Assembly (NCBI GenBank): GCA_050246755.1
Contig: JBFWVL010000001.1
Location: 896,001 to 960,000 of the forward strand
Length of the DNA: 64,000 nucleotides
From: Bacteriovoracia bacterium
GTDB lineage: Bacteria > Bdellovibrionota > UBA1018 > CAIPTA01
Direction of reading: 5' to 3'
Shown: one piece after another, positions 47,246-56,518 of the stretch
How the letters are laid out: each line of letters begins with the position of its first letter
Position numbering within the stretch: the first letter of the stretch is position 1
Notes under the pieces: model-generated
Told to the model about the DNA's origin: nothing
Seen by the model: only the letters and a program-made list of their open reading frames with translations
The model's database searches: none
Translations under genes and position numbers: made by a program

Positions 47246-49606
47246 TTACTGGACCTTTTCTAACTTATCTAAACGCGCCCTCATTTCTGCATTTTCGGCG
47301 CGGAGGGCAGCGACCTCACGGTGAATTTCCCGGCTGTCGTCCATCCAGCGACGATACAAGTCCTTCACCGCGTTTATAAGAACGTAGGTGAACGCCGTAT
47401 AGTTCACCTGCTTGATCTCGGTAGTGCGCGCATCCCCGGGATACAGCTTAACTTCTCTCGTAGTCACCAATTGGGGCGCAGTCCTCTCCACCTCCTGCGC
47501 GAGCACACCAAGCTCCGGCTTCTCGGTCGCGGGATGTTCTCCTAGGCCGTTGTAGCGAAGAACGTATGAATTGATGCCCAGCAATGCCTCGAGCCCCAGA
47601 TCGAAAGAATGGACGTCCGTTTTCAGGCGTTCATCGGAAACGCATGTGCCCGAGGCGATACCTGCGCTGGATCGGAGACAGCCGGTGGCGTTCACGTCGC
47701 CGGTAATGTCGAGCTTATAGGCAGGTGTTGTTGTTCCGATGCCGACGTTGCCGTTCGAGTCAATTCGCATGCGTTCGGCATAAGAGTTGGCACCCGTCGT
47801 AGTGCCAAAAGTGAGGGCGGGATTGTAGTTGGCCGCTCCGGTTGTCGAAACGGCGCTAATGTATGCCTGTTGAGACAAGCTAGAAGAGTTATAAACACCG
47901 AGATTCAACGACGCCGTATTGCCATCGGTGTTATTAGCAACGTTGACAACTTGAAGCTGCTGCAGTCCCGGAAATGCCGCACTTGCGCTCGAACCGGTAT
48001 AGCCAGAATTGTTCCATTGCCACGACTGCATGGTTGGTGCACTCAACCCGCTTGCGAGGCTGAGCCATCCCACGCTGGTTACGGAGGCCTTGCTCGCACC
48101 TCCGACCTGCAGATCCATTAGGTACTGGTTGCCCGAACCCACGGCGGTTTGGGTCCGGTTGACCAAGAGATCCGTATTGGCTGCAGTTCCGGAAGCCTGG
48201 TTGTAACTCGAAGTTATCTGCAAACCCGTTACGGTCCCGGAAGTCGCAGTATTCGTAAAGGCGATATGCAAAGGTGAAGTTGGGGCCGATGTTCCAATGC
48301 CGACATTTCCTGCATTCGGATTTAATATCAAATTGCCGTCGCTTGCCACAGCCGTGTGAACGCCTTGAATGAAAGCATATCCAGCAGAGCCGACTCCCGC
48401 CAGTGCTCCGATTTTGACACCGACGTCGTTAGCGCCTGAGTTTGTATCAAAACTCATAATGCCATTGCCGTTTACGTCTGCAGACGTTCCTCTTACCTGC
48501 AAAGTCGAAAGGGGAGAGTTGGTTCCGATCCCCACGTTCCCATTCCCGAGAATGCTCACTTTGGTGGAAGGAGCCCGGTCGGCGGTGCTCGAAACCCCGG
48601 CACCCGCCGTTTGCAGATAAATATTCGAAGAGCCTGCTCCCGTGGCCGTTCCAGAGGCCAGATAAAGATCTCCCCCATTCTTATCCGTAGCAGCGCTCGT
48701 GGCGCTTCCCGCCCCAATGGTCAACGCATTCCCTGCCGTGTCGGCCGTGGTATTCCTCTCCATCGCCATCGTGCGGCTGGTATTGCCCCCTAAGCTGAAA
48801 TCGTAGGAAGGAGAAGAGGATCCAATACCCACTCGTCCATTGCTCCCATTCACGAGAAAGGAGCTCCCCACCGTGAAATCGCCGCCGTTGGAAATACCGG
48901 CCTTAGTAGAGCCGTTAATATTGAAATTGATCCCGCCCGCTCCGCCCGTGCCCGCATTCACCACGTAGTTACCGGATGATGTTCCTCCCGAAGAGCTACC
49001 CCCTGCGGCAAGTAACGCCGTGAGAGCAGGATAATTCGTGGCCGAAAAAATATTTTCCACGTTTGCTTGCGTGAGAGATCCCGCCCCAAGCTGCGCAAAT
49101 CCCGTCTTATCGATCCCCTGCAATGTTTCCGCTACGATTGCGCTTGGCACGCTTCCTAACAACATATCCGGGATTAGCTGATCGGTTATGCCAGTACTAG
49201 TTGGCGTCACGAACACGCGCACGTAACGGGTATCCCCAACGGCGGGAGTATAGGAACATGCACTCGCTCCCCCTATCGCTACTCGATTCTGAAATACGCT
49301 CGTCATGCTATTACCGGCATCGCTGCCCACCACGCGCCTGCCCGAGCCCACTGCCGTACCTACCGAAATACTAAAAGCCCCGTCGCTCGCCGAGGTATTG
49401 AAGCTCTGCTGTTCGTCGTAGAGGATACAGCTCTTGGCGGGGTTCATGATTTGCACGCGGATGGTTCCCGTGCCCTGAAGAGTGGCGGTGCCGGTCGGAG
49501 AATTGTAGAGTGTGCCATCGAGCACGAATCCATAGGGCACATCGCCGGTGGCTTCCGCTGAATTGGAATGTAAAAAAAATAACAGAAGAAAAAAAATGGT
49601 CCGCAT
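47246..49606 (-). CDS. Secreted phage-tail-fibre-like adhesin with a C-terminal S74 intramolecular chaperone
   Basis: Signal peptide; four G[N/R]VGIG repeats; SDERLK, GVLAQEV, VNY, terminal coiled coil. Confidence 0.9.
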   Translation of the reverse strand: MRTIFFLLLFFLHSNSAEATGDVPYGFVLDGTLYNSPTGTATLQGTGTIRVQIMNPAKSCILYDEQQSFNTSASDGAFSISVGTAVGSGRRVVGSDAGNSMTSVFQNRVAIGGASACSYTPAVGDTRYVRVFVTPTSTGITDQLIPDMLLGSVPSAIVAETLQGIDKTGFAQLGAGSLTQANVENIFSATNYPALTALLAAGGSSSGGTSSGNYVVNAGTGGAGGINFNINGSTKAGISNGGDFTVGSSFLVNGSNGRVGIGSSSPSYDFSLGGNTSRTMAMERNTTADTAGNALTIGAGSATSAATDKNGGDLYLASGTATGAGSSNIYLQTAGAGVSSTADRAPSTKVSILGNGNVGIGTNSPLSTLQVRGTSADVNGNGIMSFDTNSGANDVGVKIGALAGVGSAGYAFIQGVHTAVASDGNLILNPNAGNVGIGTSAPTSPLHIAFTNTATSGTVTGLQITSSYNQASGTAANTDLLVNRTQTAVGSGNQYLMDLQVGGASKASVTSVGWLSLASGLSAPTMQSWQWNNSGYTGSSASAAFPGLQQLQVVNVANNTDGNTASLNLGVYNSSSLSQQAYISAVSTTGAANYNPALTFGTTTGANSYAERMRIDSNGNVGIGTTTPAYKLDITGDVNATGCLRSSAGIASGTCVSDERLKTDVHSFDLGLEALLGINSYVLRYNGLGEHPATEKPELGVLAQEVERTAPQLVTTREVKLYPGDARTTEIKQVNYTAFTYVLINAVKDLYRRWMDDSREIHREVAALRAENAEMRARLDKLEKVQ

Positions 49607-49917
49607 CAGCGCACCTTCCTTTTATTGAGAGAAAGACGAGCGCTGATATTCGTGCCTCTGGCCAATACATCGTTATTCGTAACGGCCGCCTTAGTGCCAA
49701 GGTCGTAGCCACTCGCACGCATAGAACCCGGCGTGATCTTCATTCCCGTGTCACCTCCCAAAGCAACCGGAGCGGAAGCAGGAACATCCACCACGGGAGT
49801 GGCCGGAACGAAGGGAATCCCCGGCTGAAAATTGCTGTCTACTTTGGGCTTCTGCCCCATTGGATTTCCGCAGGAGCTAAGAAATAGCAAACAGACCGCG
49901 CAGAGACGGTATTTCAT
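49606..49917 (-). CDS. Small lipoprotein
   Basis: Lipobox LSSC; overlaps both neighbouring genes at start/stop codons. Confidence 0.75.
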   Translation of the reverse strand: MKYRLCAVCLLFLSSCGNPMGQKPKVDSNFQPGIPFVPATPVVDVPASAPVALGGDTGMKITPGSMRASGYDLGTKAAVTNNDVLARGTNISARLSLNKRKVR

Positions 49918-50948
49918 GGCAGCCTCCAGCTGAAACCAATGGAAGCGCCCATGGTGGAAGTCTTCTGTTTTACGATCGAGCTGCCCTGATAGCTCTGTTC
50001 AAAGAACAGCTCCCCTCGGATCATCACGGAAGTGAGTTGGTGCTCAAGGAAAGCGGAGCCGCGCCCCGTCCAGCCGGTCTGAGTTTGGTTGGTGGGGCCA
50101 CCCCCTCCGAATAAAACTCCCCCGCTCGCGCCCACGCCGGCGGAAGCGCCTTTACCGCGCACCAGGGTTTGCTTATGCCGAAAAGCCGCCGAAGGCACAC
50201 CTACCCGGTCCAGTACGAGTGTTTGCGCATTCAGAGCCCGTACGAATAAACGATCCTCGCGGCCCAAGAAAAATCCGCTCATAGAATTTTTATTCCAACT
50301 ACGCTCTACGCCCATTTGAAAACCAAAAGAAGAAGCTCCGTCCTGCTGAATCGTTTTACTATTGCTATCGATCGGAAAAAGCCGATCGCGGCGGTATTTT
50401 AGACTCATCACGGTGGACCACTCGGAGCTCCAATCTAAATACCAGCCGGCATTTAGGGATGGGCTCATTTGCGAAAGAATAATGGCGGAACCGCCGCTGC
50501 TGCGGTCGCTGGCGTCGATGCGGAAATATTCGAAACCGGCGGAAAGACGGAGGTGGCTCACGGGAGCGAATCCTTCGGCCTGACTGGGAGATAGGCTGGC
50601 TATCTCCCTCTTGGACTCGCGCTTGGTTTCATTTTTGGCGGCCGGCGGCCTAGCTTTCGCCGGCGCAATATTTACTTTGACCGCTTGGGCAAAACCCTCG
50701 GCCACGCGGATGCGCTGATATAAATATATCTTATCTGGATTTCCTATCTCTGGATTCAACCGTAAGAGCTTAGCCAAGGTCCCCTTACGACCACGCCAAA
50801 CGGGGGAACCGAGGTAGCGCTTCGCTATCGAAGAGAGAGCGTCTCCCCTCTCCACCACGTGCACGCCCGTATCTCCCATCACCAGGCTAGGCCCGCATAG
50901 CATGCACGCCAGAATAGCGATCATTTCTTTTATTTCTAGACGCCCCAT
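49914..50948 (-). CDS. LysM-domain protein with a C-terminal outer-membrane beta-barrel-like domain
   Basis: HVVERGDALSSIA...LNPEI.NPDKI...Q.I LysM; alternating beta strands ending GASIGFSW. Confidence 0.75.
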   Translation of the reverse strand: MGRLEIKEMIAILACMLCGPSLVMGDTGVHVVERGDALSSIAKRYLGSPVWRGRKGTLAKLLRLNPEIGNPDKIYLYQRIRVAEGFAQAVKVNIAPAKARPPAAKNETKRESKREIASLSPSQAEGFAPVSHLRLSAGFEYFRIDASDRSSGGSAIILSQMSPSLNAGWYLDWSSEWSTVMSLKYRRDRLFPIDSNSKTIQQDGASSFGFQMGVERSWNKNSMSGFFLGREDRLFVRALNAQTLVLDRVGVPSAAFRHKQTLVRGKGASAGVGASGGVLFGGGGPTNQTQTGWTGRGSAFLEHQLTSVMIRGELFFEQSYQGSSIVKQKTSTMGASIGFSWRLP

Positions 50949-51039
50949 TGCATCTCCCGACCAACCTTTCGGGCACTTTGGCGAGAAGACATGAGGAAGA
51001 GAACAAATTAGCGTTCTGTTACGAAAAACGGTTAGGCCA

Positions 51040-52107
51040 CTAAAGACCTGCGGAAGCTAAACGCAAATGCCAGGAAAATGAATTAATGCAGGCTTCGGCA
51101 GTACCAAATTCATAGTCGACAATATCTGGAATTCGCGAGTTGTATGATAACGCTACATAAGATTGGAGCGGGACTTCCGGCGAAGTCGTCCGATATTGCT
51201 TTATTCCAAAATCAAGTGGCCAAGAAATAAAAACACTCCTTGCTCTATAAAAATCACCGGCATCTTCTCGCCCTTTTATTTTCTCGATACTATGGCATTC
51301 ATCGAAAGCGAATTTCTGCAAAGATTCATGGGTTGGCTTTTTAGAGAAGTCAAACTTGTGAGCCTTTCCCAGAATTGGATGAACTAAATTATATCTCTCG
51401 TAGTCAATGGTCCAAACTGGAAGCTGTCTCCACTCGACGGTTGTCCGCATGGGAAATGGTATTGCCAGCACATTACTCAGTGCCTCATAAGCCCTTGCCG
51501 GATCCTTGCTTAGAAAGCTGGAACTGAAGAAGGCACCAGTGATTTCTTGTGCGGTTCGCGCGGGCTGGAAAAATTTACTCCCCTCTTCCCGTACGGGCCG
51601 CACCAGGCTGTAAACCGCTTCGTGAATCAAAAGGGCCGCTTTATTTTCGTCGTTTAATCGATTCCAGCTTTCGCGGTGAATCCGGATGGTTGTCCCGAGC
51701 CGATTCGCGATCTGTACTACTTTCGATCCCGGCGGCAATATCACGGTATCTCCGGGATTATTGATCGGCGTTAATGGGAAATCCTGTAACACCCAAGTAT
51801 AGAGCTTCATGCTCACCAATAAGAAATCGCCCATGCCCGGAGCCACTCGGTTGAGGTCGGTTAACTTCCTCGCAAGCAGTTCTCTGGGAAAAGAAAACGG
51901 CATCGCCCGCGAGGTAGGAAATACCGGAAGCCGCGGATCAGTGCTTTCCCCGACAAAGGGAGACTCGTGGATCCCCAGCATCACGAGATCCCGAACGTAA
52001 AGCCTTCCTTCGATCTCTACTCCATCTCCGCCGTTTCCCACGAAGCCGGAGCCCCCCGCGAAAGCGACCGAGGAAATGAATATTAAGAAAGCGGGCCAAA
52101 TTTTCAT
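51040..52107 (-). CDS. Secreted hypothetical protein with a GGxxxVGNGGD N-terminal motif
   Basis: Signal peptide ending AFA; GNGGDG; ALLIHEAVY segment; ATGA overlap with the HTH gene. Confidence 0.75.
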   Translation of the reverse strand: MKIWPAFLIFISSVAFAGGSGFVGNGGDGVEIEGRLYVRDLVMLGIHESPFVGESTDPRLPVFPTSRAMPFSFPRELLARKLTDLNRVAPGMGDFLLVSMKLYTWVLQDFPLTPINNPGDTVILPPGSKVVQIANRLGTTIRIHRESWNRLNDENKAALLIHEAVYSLVRPVREEGSKFFQPARTAQEITGAFFSSSFLSKDPARAYEALSNVLAIPFPMRTTVEWRQLPVWTIDYERYNLVHPILGKAHKFDFSKKPTHESLQKFAFDECHSIEKIKGREDAGDFYRARSVFISWPLDFGIKQYRTTSPEVPLQSYVALSYNSRIPDIVDYEFGTAEACINSFSWHLRLASAGL

Positions 52108-52853
52108 TTAAACTCCATGGGAAAAAGCTGGGTAGAAAACCGAAAAACTGTCGTATTGTTTTCCCCATCGTCCATTAGTGCCGAAGCTTTCTCATAAAGC
52201 TTCCGAATTTCTTCGCGCAAAAGGGAAATCTGCTTCTCGTTGCCCACGAAAGTGGAAGAAGCGAAATCCCGTTCCTCCGCCGGGATCTCTGCCAATGCTT
52301 TTCGTGAGAGGCTTAGGTTCATGTCATGAAACTGCCGGATAATTTCATCTGGGGGTCCGTCCGTTGTCTTCAGCACAGACTCAGGTCGACCAATTTCCCC
52401 ATTTTTCGCTTTCACCAGCAGCTCGCGGCGCAAGAGATCCTCTATAACGGCGCCCACCTTTTCTTCGCTTAGCCCTAACCGTTTTGCGATCGCCTTAGGC
52501 TGACGGCCTTCTGCGGGTAAGTCGAAAGAAAATAGAATCGGATAATATGTCCAATCGGTGAGAATCTCATAATCGGCCGCGGCAAGGTTTCTTTTTGGAA
52601 ATTGAGGGCTTTTTCCCATTTGAGCAAGCAAACGATTTCTTACGCTCGAGCCGATCGATACTTTCTCTAATATTTCCGCGGCGCGCTCTGGCCTAAGCTT
52701 CCACTTGCTTTTGCCCTGAAAAGTATCGGACAAAGACCCAGCGGAAAGCCCTATTTTTTTTGCAAATGCGCGCATGGAAAATTGTGGGTTTTTTTCCTGT
52801 ATGAAATGGAATTCATTTTTTAGAATTTTTATAAATTCCTTTTGCCAACTCAT
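52104..52853 (-). CDS. TIGR02147/DUF4423-family HTH protein
   Basis: KNPQFSMRAFAKKIGLSAGSLS, W.Y..I, IAKRLGLS, IRQFH, ERDF, QLFP; start ATG 52853. Confidence 0.85.
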   Translation of the reverse strand: MSWQKEFIKILKNEFHFIQEKNPQFSMRAFAKKIGLSAGSLSDTFQGKSKWKLRPERAAEILEKVSIGSSVRNRLLAQMGKSPQFPKRNLAAADYEILTDWTYYPILFSFDLPAEGRQPKAIAKRLGLSEEKVGAVIEDLLRRELLVKAKNGEIGRPESVLKTTDGPPDEIIRQFHDMNLSLSRKALAEIPAEERDFASSTFVGNEKQISLLREEIRKLYEKASALMDDGENNTTVFRFSTQLFPMEFK

Positions 52854-52923
52854 AAATACCCCTATGCACCAAAGGTAGCGTGATCCATCACTAGTGGCAA
52901 TCCAAGGGGGGTGTCGTTCCACC

Positions 52924-52940
52924 GTTCTGTTTTACAGAAC
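52924..52940. promoter_or_regulatory. Perfect palindrome GTTCTGT-N3-ACAGAAC, candidate operator
   Basis: Perfect dyad about 70 nt upstream of the HTH gene; related sites at 51013-51029 and 53003-53019. Confidence 0.55.
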
Positions 52941-53053
52941 AACCAATAAGTTGGAACACCGGTCTGCCGGTGAACCTTTTGGCCGACCGCAACAACGCAA
53001 CGCTTCTTCCGTGCAGAATGTATTTTTTACAGGCAAGGTGCTAGGAAGAAGCT

Positions 53054-53545
53054 ATGTCCCTCCGGGCCGGCGCCATTAAAAAAACCACCCTTTGCTTCGT
53101 CTTCGACGAAATCAATAATTCCTTGCTCATGATCCATAAAAAGCGCGGCCAAGGCGCGGGAAAATGGAATGTGCCCGGCGGCAAGATGCAAGAAGACGAA
53201 ACCCCGGAAGCGGCCGCGATCCGGGAAACAAAAGAAGAAACAGGAATTACTCCCTCGAATCTTCAATACGCCGGAAAATTAGAGTTTTATTTCCCCGCCG
53301 GAAACTCCTGGGACAATATCTGCGAAGTTTTTACCGCCAACCAGTTCAGCGGCCAACTGATCACTGACGGCGAAGAATGCTCCGCGAGCTGGGTGAGCTT
53401 AGATAAAATCCCGCTGGAAAAAATGTGGGACAGCGATAAGCGCTGGCTGCCGCTCCTCCTGTCCCGAAAAAAATTCCACTGTAGTTATACCTTCGACGCG
53501 AACGACAACGTCACGCACGAAAAAATCGAAAAAGCGGAAGACTAA
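53054..53545 (+). CDS. NUDIX hydrolase, 8-oxo-dGTPase (MTH1/MutX-like)
   Basis: KKRGQGAGKWNVPGGK, Nudix box AAIRETKEETG, MWDSD. Confidence 0.9.
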   Translation: MSLRAGAIKKTTLCFVFDEINNSLLMIHKKRGQGAGKWNVPGGKMQEDETPEAAAIRETKEETGITPSNLQYAGKLEFYFPAGNSWDNICEVFTANQFSGQLITDGEECSASWVSLDKIPLEKMWDSDKRWLPLLLSRKKFHCSYTFDANDNVTHEKIEKAED

Positions 53546-53895
53546 TAGGGATCCGCCGCTTCGATGATCTCGAAGCCGAGTGAAGCGCAGCTATCTTTGA
53601 TCTGCGCGTAGAGCACGCGGATGCGATAGTCCGCTCTGTAGACGCTGCCCCAAACTTCCAGCACGTCGAGCTTACCCTTGCCCTTTAACGCCCGGATTGG
53701 CGTCATGGTGGTCACCTTATCGTCGAGGGTGGCGCGCTCGTCGGCCTGGGTATGGAGCTTCAGCGCTTCCATGGCCACTACCTTAGCGTCTTCAGCGCAA
53801 TGGTGAGGACTGCTAGCCACATTTCTGGTTTTGGCCATACCCGATAGCGGCGCGATTAAGGCAAGTATTAGGGCTAAGCTAATTTTGTTTGTCAT
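53542..53895 (-). CDS. Small secreted hypothetical protein
   Basis: ATG 53895 after GGAGGA; signal peptide; two Cys. Confidence 0.75.
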   Translation of the reverse strand: MTNKISLALILALIAPLSGMAKTRNVASSPHHCAEDAKVVAMEALKLHTQADERATLDDKVTTMTPIRALKGKGKLDVLEVWGSVYRADYRIRVLYAQIKDSCASLGFEIIEAADPY

Positions 53896-54040
53896 TCTTC
53901 CTCCAAGAAAATGGTACCCGAATCTTATTTGCCCGGCGATCCCTTCTCGTACACGGTGAGTACGGTACTTTTTTCTACCGTTTTTGGGTAATCGAGGAAA
54001 ATCACTCAATTGCATACCCTAGCAGTCCGATCATAAAGGT

Positions 54041-55879
54041 ATGAAGCCAGCGGCATACAAGTGGAATCTCGCGGTGTTGGACGCTATCGCACCGCAGCCA
54101 CGCTCGAATGAGCCCTATTCTGCTTTCCGTGAGATCGACGGTAGCCACCCTTGGAAGTACGCCGTGCCAAATGGCTTCATCGACTACGAAGCCCGTATCT
54201 TGCGCGGAAGCAAAATCGTCTATTTTAATTTTAGTTTAGCCAAAGACATGGGCCTGATCGACAAAGATCATCCTCATAAAATGACCAAAGAGCTCGAGCG
54301 CACGCTGGTGGAAACCTTCGCCCTGCGCATCATCAATGAGTACGACCAGCTCATGGGCACGAAATTCCCCTCTAAAGACGTAAAGCCTCAGCGCTATATG
54401 GCCACGCGCTACCTGCAGCTGCAGCACGACTGTAAGAAAGGCGCCACCTCCGGAGATGGCCGCAGTATCTGGAATGGGCAATTCGTGGGAAGCAACGGAG
54501 CCGCCTGGGATGTATCCAGTTGCGGAACCGGCGTTACGCGATTGAGCCCCGCCGCCGCCCTGCATGGCCGCCCGCTAAAAACGGGCGACGACCAAGTTTC
54601 CTACGGCTCCGGCCTCGCGGATATCGATGAAGGACTCACCGCCGCCATTCTGAGCGAATCGTTTCAGGCCCGCGGCATTCACACCGAACGCACGTTGGTG
54701 GTGCTCGAAAGCCCCGATGGCCAGGGAATCAACGTAAGAGCCGCGAAGAACCTTCTTCGCCCCTCTCACCTCTTTTTGCACCTCAAACAGGGCAATCAGC
54801 TGATGCTAAAATCGGCCCTCGATTTCTATATCGCCAAGCAGATTCACAACCGCGATTGGCCGGTGCTCAAAGAGAGCGACAAATACCAGCACTTTCTCAC
54901 TACCCTGGCAAAACAATATGGCGAATTCGCGGCCCGCTTAGAGGACGAATACATTTTCTGCTGGCTCGACTGGGATGGAGATAACGTGCTCATGCCAGCC
55001 GGGATTATCGACTACGGATCGATCCGCCAGTTCGGGCTCTGCCACCACCAGTATCGTTACGACGACGTGGATCGCTTCTCGACGAACCTCAAGGAGCAAA
55101 AGCAGAAGGCCCGTAATCTCGTGCAAACCTTCGTGCAGCTCGTGGATTTTGTGCGCACCGGGGAAAAAAAGCAAATTCCGGCATTCGCCGAAGATCCCAT
55201 CCTTAAAATTTACGATCGCGCTTTTCGCAAAACGCTTTCCGATAGCTTGCTCCGCCGCGCCGGTCTCAGCGCTTCCCAGCGAAAGCGCGTGCTGGCCTAT
55301 AAGCCGGAACTAGCCCGCGAATTCGAACGTTGCTACCGGGCCTTCGAGCGCCAGGAAAGCGACCGCGGCATGCGTCGCACTCCGGACGGGATCAATAATC
55401 CGGCCATTTTCTGCACCCGCACTTTATTGCGTGAGCTTCCTAAGCAACTCCTACTCCGTGAACGGTCACTCGACACCCTCTCGTTCCTGGAACTCATGCG
55501 AACCCCCTTCCTCACCAAAAAAATGATGAAGCGGCCCGAGCGGTTCTCTTTAGCGGTGAAGAAGTTTCAGGTAGCTTATTTGGAATTGATTAGCTTTGCC
55601 CACAAAGGGAAGTCGCTAAAACGCGGTGTTCTCGAAACCGCCATGCGGGCCGGCAACGAAAACCAAAGCCAATTCGCCACCGGGGACGGAATCATCTACG
55701 TAGTGGACCACTTGCTGGCGCGCCGGAAAGATTTAGGCCGCGTGGAATTTTCCCGGGTAGTGGAAGCTTTTATCCACTTTCAGCAAGGCCGCGCCTATAA
55801 AGGTAAGCTGCGAAAGCGCACGCGCCGCGTGCTCGAAACCATAGTCGAAATCGTGCAGCAGAATAAGTTCTCGCTCTAA
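54041..55879 (+). CDS. Divergent SelO/YdiU-family pseudokinase (protein adenylyltransferase-like)
   Basis: N..LA..G, GDGR, G.G.T..S, SE....GI.T.R.L, R.....R..H, DN, IDYG, all in SelO order. Confidence 0.75.
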   Translation: MKPAAYKWNLAVLDAIAPQPRSNEPYSAFREIDGSHPWKYAVPNGFIDYEARILRGSKIVYFNFSLAKDMGLIDKDHPHKMTKELERTLVETFALRIINEYDQLMGTKFPSKDVKPQRYMATRYLQLQHDCKKGATSGDGRSIWNGQFVGSNGAAWDVSSCGTGVTRLSPAAALHGRPLKTGDDQVSYGSGLADIDEGLTAAILSESFQARGIHTERTLVVLESPDGQGINVRAAKNLLRPSHLFLHLKQGNQLMLKSALDFYIAKQIHNRDWPVLKESDKYQHFLTTLAKQYGEFAARLEDEYIFCWLDWDGDNVLMPAGIIDYGSIRQFGLCHHQYRYDDVDRFSTNLKEQKQKARNLVQTFVQLVDFVRTGEKKQIPAFAEDPILKIYDRAFRKTLSDSLLRRAGLSASQRKRVLAYKPELAREFERCYRAFERQESDRGMRRTPDGINNPAIFCTRTLLRELPKQLLLRERSLDTLSFLELMRTPFLTKKMMKRPERFSLAVKKFQVAYLELISFAHKGKSLKRGVLETAMRAGNENQSQFATGDGIIYVVDHLLARRKDLGRVEFSRVVEAFIHFQQGRAYKGKLRKRTRRVLETIVEIVQQNKFSL

Positions 55880-56517
55880 TTTACGGTATTTGGCTGAAAG
55901 GCGTCGGGATGGCTGGCCGCACATTCCGGGGTAGCCAATGCGTATTCGTAAATCGATTTGCAAATCGGAAAAGCATCAAGTTCCACCTGAAATCGCAAAG
56001 CCGAATAGCACTGCGGAACCAAGCAAATATCAGCGATTGTCGGGTTATTCGAAACGGAAAATTGCATGCCTTCGCGATTCACCGAGCGGAGAATAGATTC
56101 GTACACTCCCAGGCCGCGCATCATCCAGTGCCGGGCCCATTCACTCTGCACGGTCTTATCATCGGATATTTTTCGGATCACATCTAGATTCTGCAGAGGC
56201 TGCGTGCCGGAATTTATGGTTTCGGCCAAGCGGCGGATCAGGGCGCGCTGAAATGAATCTCCAGCAAAAAGAGAAGGCTCGGGATAATTTTCTTCGAGCC
56301 ACTCCAAGACCGGGATCGACTCCGCCAGAGAGCGATCGCCCACCACCAGGCAGGGTAAATATCCGGCCGGATTTCTTTCTAGGTAGGTTTCCTGTTTTTC
56401 CTGCGCGGAAAGAAGATCAACGGCTACTTTTTTATGCGGAATCTTCTTAAGCTCCAGGCCCCACCGGACTCGCCACGAGGCGCTTGATCGCCAGTAATGG
56501 TAGAGCAGGATATCCAC
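55876..56517 (-). CDS. maiA: Maleylacetoacetate isomerase (GST zeta)
   Basis: YWRSSASWRVR, QPLQNL, ADICLVPQ, HP..QP. Confidence 0.92.
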   Translation of the reverse strand: MDILLYHYWRSSASWRVRWGLELKKIPHKKVAVDLLSAQEKQETYLERNPAGYLPCLVVGDRSLAESIPVLEWLEENYPEPSLFAGDSFQRALIRRLAETINSGTQPLQNLDVIRKISDDKTVQSEWARHWMMRGLGVYESILRSVNREGMQFSVSNNPTIADICLVPQCYSALRFQVELDAFPICKSIYEYALATPECAASHPDAFQPNTVN

Positions 56518-56518
56518 C

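Noticed and set aside
47246-49606. Tail-fibre gene as a prophage remnant
   Set aside because: It has a Sec signal peptide, and there are no capsid, terminase, baseplate or integrase genes or att repeats nearby.
52924-52940. Palindrome as a LexA box
   Set aside because: GTTC-N9-GAAC matches neither GAAC-N4-GTTC nor GTTC-N7-GTTC, and the adjacent genes are not SOS genes.
55860-55879. Selenocysteine read-through at the SelO C-terminus
   Set aside because: The stop is TAA, there is no Cys/Sec-SS tail, and the end abuts maiA.
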